Shown one piece after another: positions 17,701 through 25,261 of a DNA stretch of 35,725 nt. Where the stretch lies: IMG/VR virus record IMGVR_UViG_3300044537_000214, one strand, 5' to 3'. Numbering within the stretch: position 1 is the stretch's first letter; every line of letters starts with the position of its first letter. The DNA is from a virus. Below the pieces are notes generated by a model. It did not search any database. It saw only the letters and a list, made by a program, of their open reading frames with translations, and was not told the DNA's origin. The translations under genes were made by a program, and so were the position numbers.

Positions 17701-20095
17701 TGGAGCAACTAACGGAGACAGAGATAACCTTTCTGGCACGGGTTACTTTAAGAAACTCAAAGTAGAACGAGGAGAAATTGACACCCCATATTCGCATGCT
17801 CCATCGGATAATGCATCTCAGATTGCTTTTTCAGAGCTATCTCAATCATTAGAGGGATTGCGTTCCACTGTTGGTAGTAATTACGGAAGCCTACAATCAC
17901 AAATTAGTCAAAGTTCCTCTAGTATCCGTACCGAACTAACTGACAAGATAAAGGGCATTGACAACAAGACCACTTCTACTGCTAATAGCCTTAATAGTGT
18001 AATTGGGCGAGTGGGAAGTTTAGAAAATTTAACTAATTTCCAAGTAATCAACAATGCAATTAATGCAAACGATTATACAAAAACTGGGAATTACTTTATT
18101 CAATCAACAAGTAATACTAACGTACCCGCTACTAATTGGTGCTATCTAAAAGTTGAAAAAGTTAATGATGGTCGAATTGTACAAACTTGGCAGGCTGATA
18201 GTGATCCAACATTAAGGTATGTACGAACTAAATTTGGTGATTCATGGACTCAGTGGCAAAGATCAGCTAGTTATTCGGAATATAGTGAGTTGAACCGAAC
18301 AGTACAAGGCCTTCAATCTACTGTTTCAGGTAACTACGGAAATCTTCAATCACAAATTAATCAAACAGCTACAACGCTCAGAGGAGAAGTAACTGATAAA
18401 GTTAATGGATTTCAGGGTCAAATCACGACCCAAGCTAATAACATTAATTTGATGCTTGGAACAGCAGGTGACTTATCAAATATTTGCCGTAATCCAACAT
18501 TTGATAATCATGATGGTTGGACAGATAGTGTTCACGTAGAAAGCAACTGGTCAGAAATACCAACAAAAAATTGTGGTGTGCTATTTACTCGTGATGGTTA
18601 CTACGGCAAAGAGTTTACGGTTGTTCCTGGGGACAGGTATTACACAAGTGTCTTTGCTAATAATCAGAATGATGGTGATTTCGTTCTTGGTCTTCACTTC
18701 AAGATGAAAGATGGCAGTGATCAATGGTTAAGCGGTTCACGGATTGGTGCGCGGGAATGCCGACAAGCATTAGGTTCAATTACGGTTCCTGATAATGCTG
18801 TTACTGCAAATATTTGGGCTTCAATTCAAAAGTTTAATAACTTTGGTTTTACTCGTTTTACCAACGTAATTGTAAAGAAAAACGATACTCTCGCTCAAAT
18901 CAACATGTCCGCCGGTACAACGTTAATCCAAAATGACAAGATCTATATGGATGCCAGTTCAACTGTTTTTAGTGGTAATGCATTTATCCCAAGCGCTGCA
19001 ATTACGGAATTAAATGCTGATAAGATTACTGCTGGAACATTGAACGCTGCTAACGTAAACATTATTAACTTAAATGCGAATAATATCACCACCGGAACGA
19101 TTAATGGACAAAATCTTAAAATTGATTTGAATACTGGAAATGTTGAATTTCAGCACGGCCGTATTCACAATTTTAGTAATACAGTGGATATTAACCTTGA
19201 TCAAAACTATATTTCTACTGCTAATTACAATACCCGTGCCTTATTAAAAGACGGGGAACTTCAATTAACTCAGCCTAATCTTTATGATACTAATGGTAAT
19301 TGGTATTTCCGGCTTTATAACGGTGGGGGTGCTGGTGATGCTTGGGCTGGTGCTAGTTTAATTGGTCGTGATAGTGTGATTGTTGCTAATGAAGCCAATG
19401 CACAAGGAGCAACAGGTTTTACATCTAGTCCAATGGGGACGGCTACTTTTTCTGGTTTATTTACAGGAAAAGGAACTAACAATTGGATGCCGACAATCTT
19501 AGGCGGTGCAGAACGAGGTGTGTTCATTAAAGGTGGTAACCAAATGAGCATAAAGCAAAACATTATGGACCCTAACGATGGAGGGGTTTTTGTAACCGGT
19601 TCTCCATTTATTTCTGTGGGCGTAGATGGACCCAATAATAATTGGTGGGGAAATCGAATTGTAATTGACGGAGAATATCTACATGTGCCGACAGCTTGGC
19701 GGCATACTACTGGTGGCGCTCCAAACCTTGTCGTTGCTTCTGATGGTGCATTAGTTCGTTCTACCTCTGCATCAAAATATAAGACTGAAATTCATCGTGA
19801 TTACTCAACAGATTATGGTGATCGTTTATTAGAGTTGCCAACAGCAACTTGGATCGACAAAGGACAAAAGAAGCGTTATCAAGCAGGGCAACGTAGTATC
19901 AAGCCAAATAAGTATTTTGGAATGATTGCCGAAGATTTAGCTGATGCAGGCTTAGATCTCTTCGTCAGCCGTAACCCACAAACTCACGAAATAGAAGGTA
20001 TTCAATATGAACGAATAGCCCCAGCGCTTATCCCCGTAATCAGAAAATTAAAAAAGAAAGTTCAAGAATTGGAGGAAAAATTAAATGAACAATAA
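14720..20095 (+). CDS. Tail-associated / receptor-binding protein (Tal) with a Prophage_tail N-domain, coiled coil, CBM-like modules, a knob-like module and a C-terminal S74 intramolecular chaperone domain
   Basis: 1791 aa. The N-terminal ~370 aa resemble phage tail endopeptidase/Tal proteins. The C-terminus SASKYKTEIH...YFGMIAEDLADAGLDLFV...GIQYERIAPALIPVIRKL matches the auto-cleaving chaperone of tail spikes and fibres. Confidence 0.85.
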   Translation: MRMYLLDRKQRVRRWLKDNDFIEAEMTEEINAANQITFSLPLKERIANNIYYVAIPTPHSKQKYLLFKLLSERVQNDRIEYQGIEEAYDELKQYGYIKDIRPNDRTAEEMLKMVLEPTRWTLGNVPETNHQSTNFYYISYLEALQKIVGLFNIELTFEVAIDPKSNKITRRQVNVYTEQGQRTGKRFEYGSNLLTVQQEQDSQELITALVGRGKGELVSEGHDDTPDGYGRRITFADVVWTKKDGHPVDKPAGQEYLVDPEATALYGFSDGNPRIGLTVFEDIEDPVELINATWRALQSLKRPKVSFKADVTDVGQLGLGDTVAIIRHDLKIEYFTRVYKVKHNLLNENNNQIELGDDFSGHSITSSIIKVDEIANEARETAGHAAIAANGKNNNYYSSVQPLAPVEGDIWYKDLGNGETDMYQYHNGGWVFIQSTRDLHVVENQVKEAQDGLNQAKADIINNKQKADADIENLNKSIEVNKKVADESLKKLNDSVTNLQGQYDNNVVPNLNKVMADASDALQKYITAQNSIADLTKQAQQQGKDIADVTNTVKGLNVNYANLAGDVNSTKVDVKGLQTTIGTANGDIAQLKLDAQNLQTMLAGKVDNTIYTNFVNLTNQALNARLTASDLSGYAKTVDVQATANGLRVDLNSVTDRMNNLKIGTSNLLHHSDTFDGWIKGYSVTVTADKYLDGRIAILGGAGVDGGQLTTFLDGPYNNDLVTWVVYARAENAGDKMHTELWGGGGYTDQSLTTKWQAYKFSGHRNIDHPDFYLWGCVGNKGNIYVALPFAVVGNTIGTWGPNASDINHDLNELSARVNVTSQQFSSYYTKSETDTKADVAKNDAVNAIKSDGNWQGLSNILTNSGFLQTADGFLQKVQQTTVPMFNGGGVNLVKDTSESEISGKAYDIKDYYFSEPLEPNTKYTISIDAKVDQEALNHQQFIFVDPYTANWSWGAQMSCISASLEYQHYRYTFITPDASQKVTNISVYLARPDGATNGDRDNLSGTGYFKKLKVERGEIDTPYSHAPSDNASQIAFSELSQSLEGLRSTVGSNYGSLQSQISQSSSSIRTELTDKIKGIDNKTTSTANSLNSVIGRVGSLENLTNFQVINNAINANDYTKTGNYFIQSTSNTNVPATNWCYLKVEKVNDGRIVQTWQADSDPTLRYVRTKFGDSWTQWQRSASYSEYSELNRTVQGLQSTVSGNYGNLQSQINQTATTLRGEVTDKVNGFQGQITTQANNINLMLGTAGDLSNICRNPTFDNHDGWTDSVHVESNWSEIPTKNCGVLFTRDGYYGKEFTVVPGDRYYTSVFANNQNDGDFVLGLHFKMKDGSDQWLSGSRIGARECRQALGSITVPDNAVTANIWASIQKFNNFGFTRFTNVIVKKNDTLAQINMSAGTTLIQNDKIYMDASSTVFSGNAFIPSAAITELNADKITAGTLNAANVNIINLNANNITTGTINGQNLKIDLNTGNVEFQHGRIHNFSNTVDINLDQNYISTANYNTRALLKDGELQLTQPNLYDTNGNWYFRLYNGGGAGDAWAGASLIGRDSVIVANEANAQGATGFTSSPMGTATFSGLFTGKGTNNWMPTILGGAERGVFIKGGNQMSIKQNIMDPNDGGVFVTGSPFISVGVDGPNNNWWGNRIVIDGEYLHVPTAWRHTTGGAPNLVVASDGALVRSTSASKYKTEIHRDYSTDYGDRLLELPTATWIDKGQKKRYQAGQRSIKPNKYFGMIAEDLADAGLDLFVSRNPQTHEIEGIQYERIAPALIPVIRKLKKKVQELEEKLNEQ

Positions 20096-20255
20096 TACTG
20101 ATATGAATCAAGTAGCACAGAAGCTACTTAACAAATTAGCTTTGCAAGAATATAACAATTCGATTCTAGAAACACAGGTTGAAACGCTTCAACAACAAAA
20201 TCAGCAACTAAAACAAGAAAATGAATCCTTAAAGAATAAGAAAGGCGGTAAATAA
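20085..20255 (+). CDS. Small coiled-coil protein (56 aa), not in the supplied ORF track
   Basis: GGAGG (20071..20075) precedes the ATG at 20085. It translates as MNNNTDMNQVAQKLLNKLALQEYNNSILETQVETLQQQNQQLKQENESLKNKKGGK with no in-frame stop until TAA at 20253. Confidence 0.55.
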   Translation: MNNNTDMNQVAQKLLNKLALQEYNNSILETQVETLQQQNQQLKQENESLKNKKGGK

Positions 20256-20257
20256 TT

Positions 20258-20518
20258 ATGGCTTTAACCAAAGAAAAGAACATCACATTGGTAGGACACT
20301 CAACAATTAACGGAACTGAGGTTGCTCGTTTTAATGCTCAAATTGCAACAGATTTGAATGCACAAACTACAACTAATACTTACATTTATAACCAAGAACT
20401 TTACCGCAAAAACTTAAAACAGGTACGAGCGGACTCTGATGAATTTCGGACATATATCCGCAGTCAAGAAGATGAAGCATTCAGTGAAATCGAAGAAACA
20501 ACAGCTGACAAAGCATAA
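20258..20518 (+). CDS. Hypothetical protein between the tail and lysis modules
   Basis: 86-aa ORF tightly packed with its neighbours. I did not recognise a family. Confidence 0.6.
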   Translation: MALTKEKNITLVGHSTINGTEVARFNAQIATDLNAQTTTNTYIYNQELYRKNLKQVRADSDEFRTYIRSQEDEAFSEIEETTADKA

Positions 20519-20535
20519 GAAGTGAGGGGATAGTT

Positions 20536-20970
20536 GTGCCATACCATTTATTTATGCTTCATCAAATGCAAGCGCTAATTGATGATAAGTTGATGTGGGC
20601 ATTCACCATTGTTATGATTGTGGATTTAATTACCGGTATGGTAAAACCATATTACGCAAAGAAAACGGTACGAAAAACTAATAGTTCTGTGGGGATTCCA
20701 GGCCTAATCAAACATACAATAATTTATTTAGTGGTAGTAATTGCTTATCCATATCTTTATACGATCGGAGCAAGCACAATGGCTACCACTTTTTTAATTG
20801 CTTGGATTTATCAATATTTGATTTCAATTGTTGAAAATTGGACAGAGATGGGGTGGTGGTTACCTAAACCAATCATGGATTTCTTTGAAGCAAAGTTAGC
20901 AAAAGATCAAGAAGATTATGATCCATCTAAGTACAACTTTCTTGGTAAATATAAAGGAGGTAAAAAGTAA
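20536..20970 (+). CDS. Holin (Phage_holin_4_1 / toxin-secretion holin-like)
   Basis: 144 aa. GTG start follows GAGGGGA. It has several TM helices and a charged C-terminus, and lies directly upstream of the endolysin gene. Confidence 0.8.
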   Translation: MPYHLFMLHQMQALIDDKLMWAFTIVMIVDLITGMVKPYYAKKTVRKTNSSVGIPGLIKHTIIYLVVVIAYPYLYTIGASTMATTFLIAWIYQYLISIVENWTEMGWWLPKPIMDFFEAKLAKDQEDYDPSKYNFLGKYKGGKK

Positions 20971-21929
20971 TGACAGAACGAAAGACAGTAATTGATTTAG
21001 CTAGTTTTCAGAGTCACTTAACAGTTAATGATTACAAAAACATCGGTGCTGACTATGCAATTGTTAAGACAACAGAAAGCACGAACTATGTTAATCCTTA
21101 CATCCGGTCGCTGATTGATCGAAGCGCAGGTGGTGGAATTAGGGGTTATGCTTTCTATCACTTTGGCCGTTTCCATAATGATGCACAAGCGGTAGCAGAA
21201 GCCAACTACTTTATCGCCAATTCTAAGGCACAGGCAAATGTGCAACCCGGTGCATTAATGATTCTTGATGCTGAAATTTCTAACATGCCAACATCATCAG
21301 TAAATGTGTTCTTAAATACCTTACGCAACGCCGGTTATCACACTGGTTTCTATACGTATAAGTATCTGTTGCCTAACTTTGACTTAGAGTCAATCCATCA
21401 CCATATGGATATGTTCTGGTTAGCTGCATATGTATATCGCAATGGAACGCCAGCAGGGAAGAACCCAGACTTTAATTACTTCCCGTCAGCTAACTATATT
21501 GATATGTGGCAACATACCGATAATTTGCTTGGCTACAATGTTGATGGCTCTATCACATTAACCGATAATGCAATCAACCTATTTAATCCAAGCGAAGCAC
21601 CAGCCCCAGAGCCAAACAAACCAATTGAACAAGAAAAGCCAGCAATCACCACTGAACTTCCAACTAACCATTGGGTTGATGATCTTGGTGATCGTTGGTT
21701 TGCTGAAAACGGGACATTTATTACTGGCGCTGCAATTAACTTGCGGTGGGGTGCTAAGACTAACAGTGCCTTAATCGCTACCTTACCAGCTAATAGTGAA
21801 GTTAAGTATGACGCTTGGTCTCGCCACGATGGCTATGTATGGCTTCGTCAGCCACGACCAAACGCTCAGTACGGTTATCTTGTTTGCCGTGATGCAAATA
21901 ATAACCAGCCGTTCGGTACGTTTAAATAG
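20970..21929 (+). CDS. Endolysin: GH25 muramidase with a C-terminal SH3b-like cell-wall-binding domain
   Basis: The N-terminus VIDLASFQ...AIVKTTESTNYVNPY...GYAFYHFG is GH25-like. A Pro/Glu-rich linker (PSEAPAPEPNKPIEQEKP) follows. The C-terminus WVDDLGDRWF...YDAWSRHDGYVWLRQ is SH3_5-like. Confidence 0.9.
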   Translation: MTERKTVIDLASFQSHLTVNDYKNIGADYAIVKTTESTNYVNPYIRSLIDRSAGGGIRGYAFYHFGRFHNDAQAVAEANYFIANSKAQANVQPGALMILDAEISNMPTSSVNVFLNTLRNAGYHTGFYTYKYLLPNFDLESIHHHMDMFWLAAYVYRNGTPAGKNPDFNYFPSANYIDMWQHTDNLLGYNVDGSITLTDNAINLFNPSEAPAPEPNKPIEQEKPAITTELPTNHWVDDLGDRWFAENGTFITGAAINLRWGAKTNSALIATLPANSEVKYDAWSRHDGYVWLRQPRPNAQYGYLVCRDANNNQPFGTFK

Positions 21930-21942
21930 GTAAAAATTTAAT

Positions 21943-21992
21943 TAGCCCTAGTGGTTATTGCATAATTTGCGATAGTCACTAGGGCTTTTTTT
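21943..21992 (+). terminator. Rho-independent terminator of the late operon
   Basis: Stem tagccctagtg / cactagggct, followed by TTTTTTT. Confidence 0.85.
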
Positions 21993-21995
21993 ACG

Positions 21996-22014
21996 AACAC
22001 ACAAAAATCACACA
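21996..22014 (+). repeat. 19-bp direct repeat copy 1 (aacacacaaaaatcacaca); candidate integrase arm-type site
   Basis: Exact copy of 22203..22221. The two copies bracket the non-coding region between the lysin and int genes. Confidence 0.6.
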
Positions 22015-22104
22015 AAGACCAGTTAAAGCCTAATATAATAGGAAGAGTTTTGCCCACCGGAGGCATATCAGTACTTTGGTACAAAATTGTCAGCTAAGCT
22101 AATG

Positions 22105-22147
22105 AAATAGGAGAAAGTTTGTTATAACAGGCTTTCTCCTATTTTTT
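22105..22147. terminator. 13-bp perfect-stem hairpin with a T-run, inside the putative attP region
   Basis: aaataggagaaag (22105..22117) pairs with ctttctcctattt (22132..22144), followed by TTTTTT on the + strand. It lies 78 nt downstream of the int stop on the - strand, so it may act in both directions. Confidence 0.7.
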
Positions 22148-22202
22148 AGTTTAAATTTTGATTTTAAAGAAATGGTATAAAATGGTGCAAATTTGTGATG
22201 AA

Positions 22203-22221
22203 AACACACAAAAATCACACA
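22203..22221 (+). repeat. 19-bp direct repeat copy 2; abuts the integrase stop codon
   Basis: Exact copy of 21996..22014. Confidence 0.6.
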
Positions 22222-23346
22222 TTAAAATTGACTAAGTGCCTGGACGATTTTGTCATCAGTTTTACTTTTATATTCATCAATCAAGTAGGCGTATGTGTTC
22301 ATTGTGGTTGTGATATCATTATGTCCAAGTCTTTTGCTAATTGCATAAATATCTATTCCGTTGCTTAACAGTAAAGCAACGTGACTATGACGTAAACTAT
22401 GGAAATGAAAATTCTTCTTTGATAATTTTGTATCACTCATAATTTGTCGAAGCGTTTTATTTAATGCTGTACTAGTAGGGATAGTATTAAATTGATCCAT
22501 AAAAACAAGGTTACTTGATGAATTATTGCGCAATTGTTTAAGTAGTAATAGTAGTTCTTCATTAACTTTTATTTTACGTGTAGATGATTCATTCTTGGTG
22601 GGTTTAAAGCGATGTGTATTAAAATGTTCGTCTGTTTCGTCTCTTCCTTTTACCTCTCTCCATGCTTTATCAATATTAATGGTATGATGAATAAAATCAA
22701 TATCATTCCAGGTAAGAGCTTGAATTTCTTCTTTTCTCATTCCAGTATATATTGCAGTGACTATCATATAACGGCTTGTATATCTTCTATTAGTAATTCC
22801 ATTGATTGTAGTAGTTAATAATTTCCTTATTTCAGTTACATTAGGGTATTCTACCTTCATTGTTTTACTAGTATTGGCAGCTAAAGTAACACCTTTGGTA
22901 AAATCTTTAAGCAGATAATCATCAAGGATAGCAGATTGTACACAAGACCGTATTATTGAATTAAGCTTCTTTACACTTGCTATAGCATGAGTTGCTCCAT
23001 ACTTATTAATAAATTCTTGATATTTAGAACGGTTAATTTCTTTAATAGAAGCTTCTTTGAAATAATCATTAATTAGATTACCGATTATAATATAACGATT
23101 CAGAGTTACACTTGATATTTTAGGTTGCTTATAAGTATTAACCCATTCTTCGTAATAATCACTAAAAGCAATTTTTTTCTCAATGTGTATTCCGCGATTA
23201 AGATTAGTTTCCATTTCAGCTGCCCACTTTTTAGCTAGTGCTTTTGTTGCAAAACCAGCTTTGGACTTTGAAAAACGTTTTCCTTCAGTATCTTTCCACT
23301 GAATTCTTACAGACCATTTTCCGCTTCTTTTATATATTTGAGCCAT
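22222..23346 (-). CDS. int: Tyrosine recombinase / phage integrase
   Basis: The catalytic region HSLRHSHVALLL...GHNDITTTMNTYAYL carries the R..HxxR..Y signature. An N-terminal SAM-like domain is present. The ATG at 23346 (MAQIYKR) follows GGAGGG, and the track start at 23409 is unlikely. Confidence 0.9.
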   Translation of the reverse strand: MAQIYKRSGKWSVRIQWKDTEGKRFSKSKAGFATKALAKKWAAEMETNLNRGIHIEKKIAFSDYYEEWVNTYKQPKISSVTLNRYIIIGNLINDYFKEASIKEINRSKYQEFINKYGATHAIASVKKLNSIIRSCVQSAILDDYLLKDFTKGVTLAANTSKTMKVEYPNVTEIRKLLTTTINGITNRRYTSRYMIVTAIYTGMRKEEIQALTWNDIDFIHHTINIDKAWREVKGRDETDEHFNTHRFKPTKNESSTRKIKVNEELLLLLKQLRNNSSSNLVFMDQFNTIPTSTALNKTLRQIMSDTKLSKKNFHFHSLRHSHVALLLSNGIDIYAISKRLGHNDITTTMNTYAYLIDEYKSKTDDKIVQALSQF

Positions 23347-23426
23347 ACTTGTCCCTCCATTATTAAATTGTGTATAATGAAAGGGTTGATAGAATTTGTT
23401 TGGACGCAATTAATATCAACCCTTGG

Positions 23427-23462
23427 TCCACTGACAGTTGCCGCTGTCGGTGGGCTTTTTTT
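23427..23462 (+). terminator. Plus-strand-oriented rho-independent terminator between two minus-strand genes
   Basis: An 11-bp stem tccactgacag / ctgtcggtggg has two G-U wobbles that are valid only in the + transcript. The loop is ttgccg, followed by TTTTTTT. Confidence 0.65.
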
Positions 23463-23506
23463 AGTTTAAATAGCTTTTTACGTCATCAATTTAGTTGGAC
23501 GAAGTA

Positions 23507-24058
23507 TTATTGAACATTCACTTTAAACTTTGCGGCTTTATCAGTCGAAACAAGTGGAGAAAATTGTAATTCAATGTTTCCTAACTTGTTAGTACCAAAG
23601 CCAGTTGTAACATCAGCTTCTTTACCAGCTGCTATTGAGTCCAAAGTAGTATCGTTAATTGGATATGACTTAAGCTTGTTATTATCTGGGCCATATGCTT
23701 CTAAGTCTGTTCCAATTGGTAAATCCTCATCAGAATTGTTCTTAACATGATAAACTACCTTAATTACATTAGCTGGGTTATCATCTGCAAATTCATTACG
23801 TTCATTGGTAGTTTCGACCGATTTAAGTGTGTAGGTAGCTTTTCCAACTTTTACAGTATCGCCAACTTTATAAAAATCAGGCTTTTTTGCAGTTGAACTT
23901 GATGGATTTTCCTTTGTACCACCATTTGAATTACTTCCCATTGCGCCACCAATAGCAAAAGCCAGAATCACTACTACAACCCAAAACCATACACGTTTAT
24001 AGAATGGTTTCTTTTCCACATATGTCTTCCCATCGTCACCTTGAATCTTTTTTGCCAT
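23507..24058 (-). CDS. Membrane-anchored extracellular beta-rich protein (DUF4352-like); candidate superinfection-exclusion protein
   Basis: 183 aa. It has an N-terminal TM anchor (VWFWVVVVILAFAIGGA), a Ser/Asn-rich linker and a beta-rich ectodomain. It lies between int and the repressor cassette. Confidence 0.6.
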   Translation of the reverse strand: MAKKIQGDDGKTYVEKKPFYKRVWFWVVVVILAFAIGGAMGSNSNGGTKENPSSSTAKKPDFYKVGDTVKVGKATYTLKSVETTNERNEFADDNPANVIKVVYHVKNNSDEDLPIGTDLEAYGPDNNKLKSYPINDTTLDSIAAGKEADVTTGFGTNKLGNIELQFSPLVSTDKAAKFKVNVQ

Positions 24059-24124
24059 TATAAAATGACCTCCCTAATATAAAATTTCAGCTTTTATTGT
24101 CATCAGGGTTTGGACAGCTAATTT

Positions 24125-24394
24125 TTAGCTTTTATTTAGATTCTTTAATTGATTAATGATTTCTTGGTTTTGCTTGATAGTTATCCAATTTTGCTGTTTG
24201 ATCATTCGTAATTCATGGAAAAGGGCTTTTGTATCATTACTTGTAAAAGTAGGATAGGCACCCGTTAATTTTTCAGCAACTGCTATATCTTTTATAGATT
24301 CGATAATCTCGTCATCTAAACTTTCTAAACGATTTTCTTTAATATATTTATCTTTGTCTTTAGCAAATCCATCTTTGCCGTTAAAAATACTCAT
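24125..24394 (-). CDS. Hypothetical small protein of the lysogeny module
   Basis: The ORF lies downstream of the ImmA-like gene. The ATG at 24394 (MSIFNGK) follows GAGGAAAG. Confidence 0.55.
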   Translation of the reverse strand: MSIFNGKDGFAKDKDKYIKENRLESLDDEIIESIKDIAVAEKLTGAYPTFTSNDTKALFHELRMIKQQNWITIKQNQEIINQLKNLNKS

Positions 24395-24405
24395 TTTTAC
24401 TTTCC

Positions 24406-24861
24406 TCACATCTTTTCAATTTTTACGTTTTTACGAAGGTCAAATCTATATCCTTTATATGCGAAAATTAAACCACGTTTCACACGGTAATTATCTATCG
24501 CATCCATTAAATATTCCACATCTACATTACAATAATCAGCAATATCTTCTAAATTCCAAATATCATGCTGATAACAGTAAATTAATTTATCTAAACTTAC
24601 TGCTCTCATCATTGCTAATGAACGGGCTTTATGCTCTTGCTTCCGACCATCTGGGGTATCTTTAGTAACAATATCTCCAGCCGTCGTATCGTAGTGAGCA
24701 ATTTCTTCTTGTAGAATTTCATACATCTTTATATCAGAATTCGCCCGATTTAAATAAACATCCGTATCAATATTTAACCCAGCTAAATTATTTGGCATAT
24801 TTTGAGGATAATTAATAGTGAGATGCGGATATTCACTAGCTAATTCTTCATAAGCATACAT
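24406..24861 (-). CDS. ImmA/IrrE-like (M78-like) protein with a degenerate zinc motif
   Basis: It is translationally coupled to the CI-like repressor and has an appropriate size. The motif LQEEIAHYDT sits where HExxH is expected, with Glu in place of the first His. Confidence 0.5.
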   Translation of the reverse strand: MYAYEELASEYPHLTINYPQNMPNNLAGLNIDTDVYLNRANSDIKMYEILQEEIAHYDTTAGDIVTKDTPDGRKQEHKARSLAMMRAVSLDKLIYCYQHDIWNLEDIADYCNVDVEYLMDAIDNYRVKRGLIFAYKGYRFDLRKNVKIEKM

Positions 24862-24866
24862 AATTA

Positions 24867-25208
24867 TCACTTCCGAGCTTTTTTTAGATTCTCAATAAAA
24901 TTAATAATCTGTTGTCGCTCTTCTTCCGGAGTATCATCATCAATATGAGCAGCTACTGTTTGAGCTACTTCATTATTTTCATTAGTATTATCATCTTTAT
25001 CAAAAAAGTAATCTATACTTACATTAAATAGATCAGCGACTTGTTTTAACGAAGATAGGCGAGGTTCATCAGTATTATGCTCCCACTTCGATAATCGGCC
25101 TTTATTGAAGTTTGAATTCTTATTTTGTTTATTAAGAGCATCAGCCATTTCTTGTAACGTCATTTTATGTGATGTTCGTAATTCTTTTAATTTACTTCCT
25201 AGAGACAT
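24867..25208 (-). CDS. CI-like repressor (XRE-family HTH)
   Basis: ATG at 25208 follows GAGGTG. The sequence MSLGSKLKELRTSHKMTLQEMADALN... contains an HTH_3 motif, and the C-terminus is acidic. The gene is divergent from the cro-like gene. Confidence 0.85.
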   Translation of the reverse strand: MSLGSKLKELRTSHKMTLQEMADALNKQNKNSNFNKGRLSKWEHNTDEPRLSSLKQVADLFNVSIDYFFDKDDNTNENNEVAQTVAAHIDDDTPEEERQQIINFIENLKKARK

Positions 25209-25232
25209 TTTTTTACACCTCTCAATGGCTAT

Positions 25233-25261
25233 ATTATAGTATTTATGTTTCGTTTTGGCAA
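25233..25261 (-). promoter_or_regulatory. Leftward (repressor) promoter
   Basis: On the - strand: TTGCCA (25261..25256), a 17-nt spacer, then TATAAT (25238..25233). Confidence 0.6.

Noticed and set aside
22020-22150. Searched the attP region for a tRNA or tmRNA 3' end as the integration core
   Set aside because: I could not fold a T-arm or acceptor stem, and no GTTCRANYC-like box or CCA-proximal stem was seen. The region reads better as a protein-gene 3' end plus a terminator.
24059-24124. Possible promoter ATGACA-16-TATATT on the - strand for the DUF4352-like gene
   Set aside because: The -10 element ends only a few nt before the AGGGAGG RBS. A transcript starting there would lack or truncate the SD, so it is not convincing without 5' end data.
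24117-24131. Palindrome agctaa-ttt-ttagct at the end of ORF 24125..24394, considered as a terminator
   Set aside because: The stem is only 6 bp and all A/T-G/C mixed. It overlaps the stop codon and has no T-run on the - strand.
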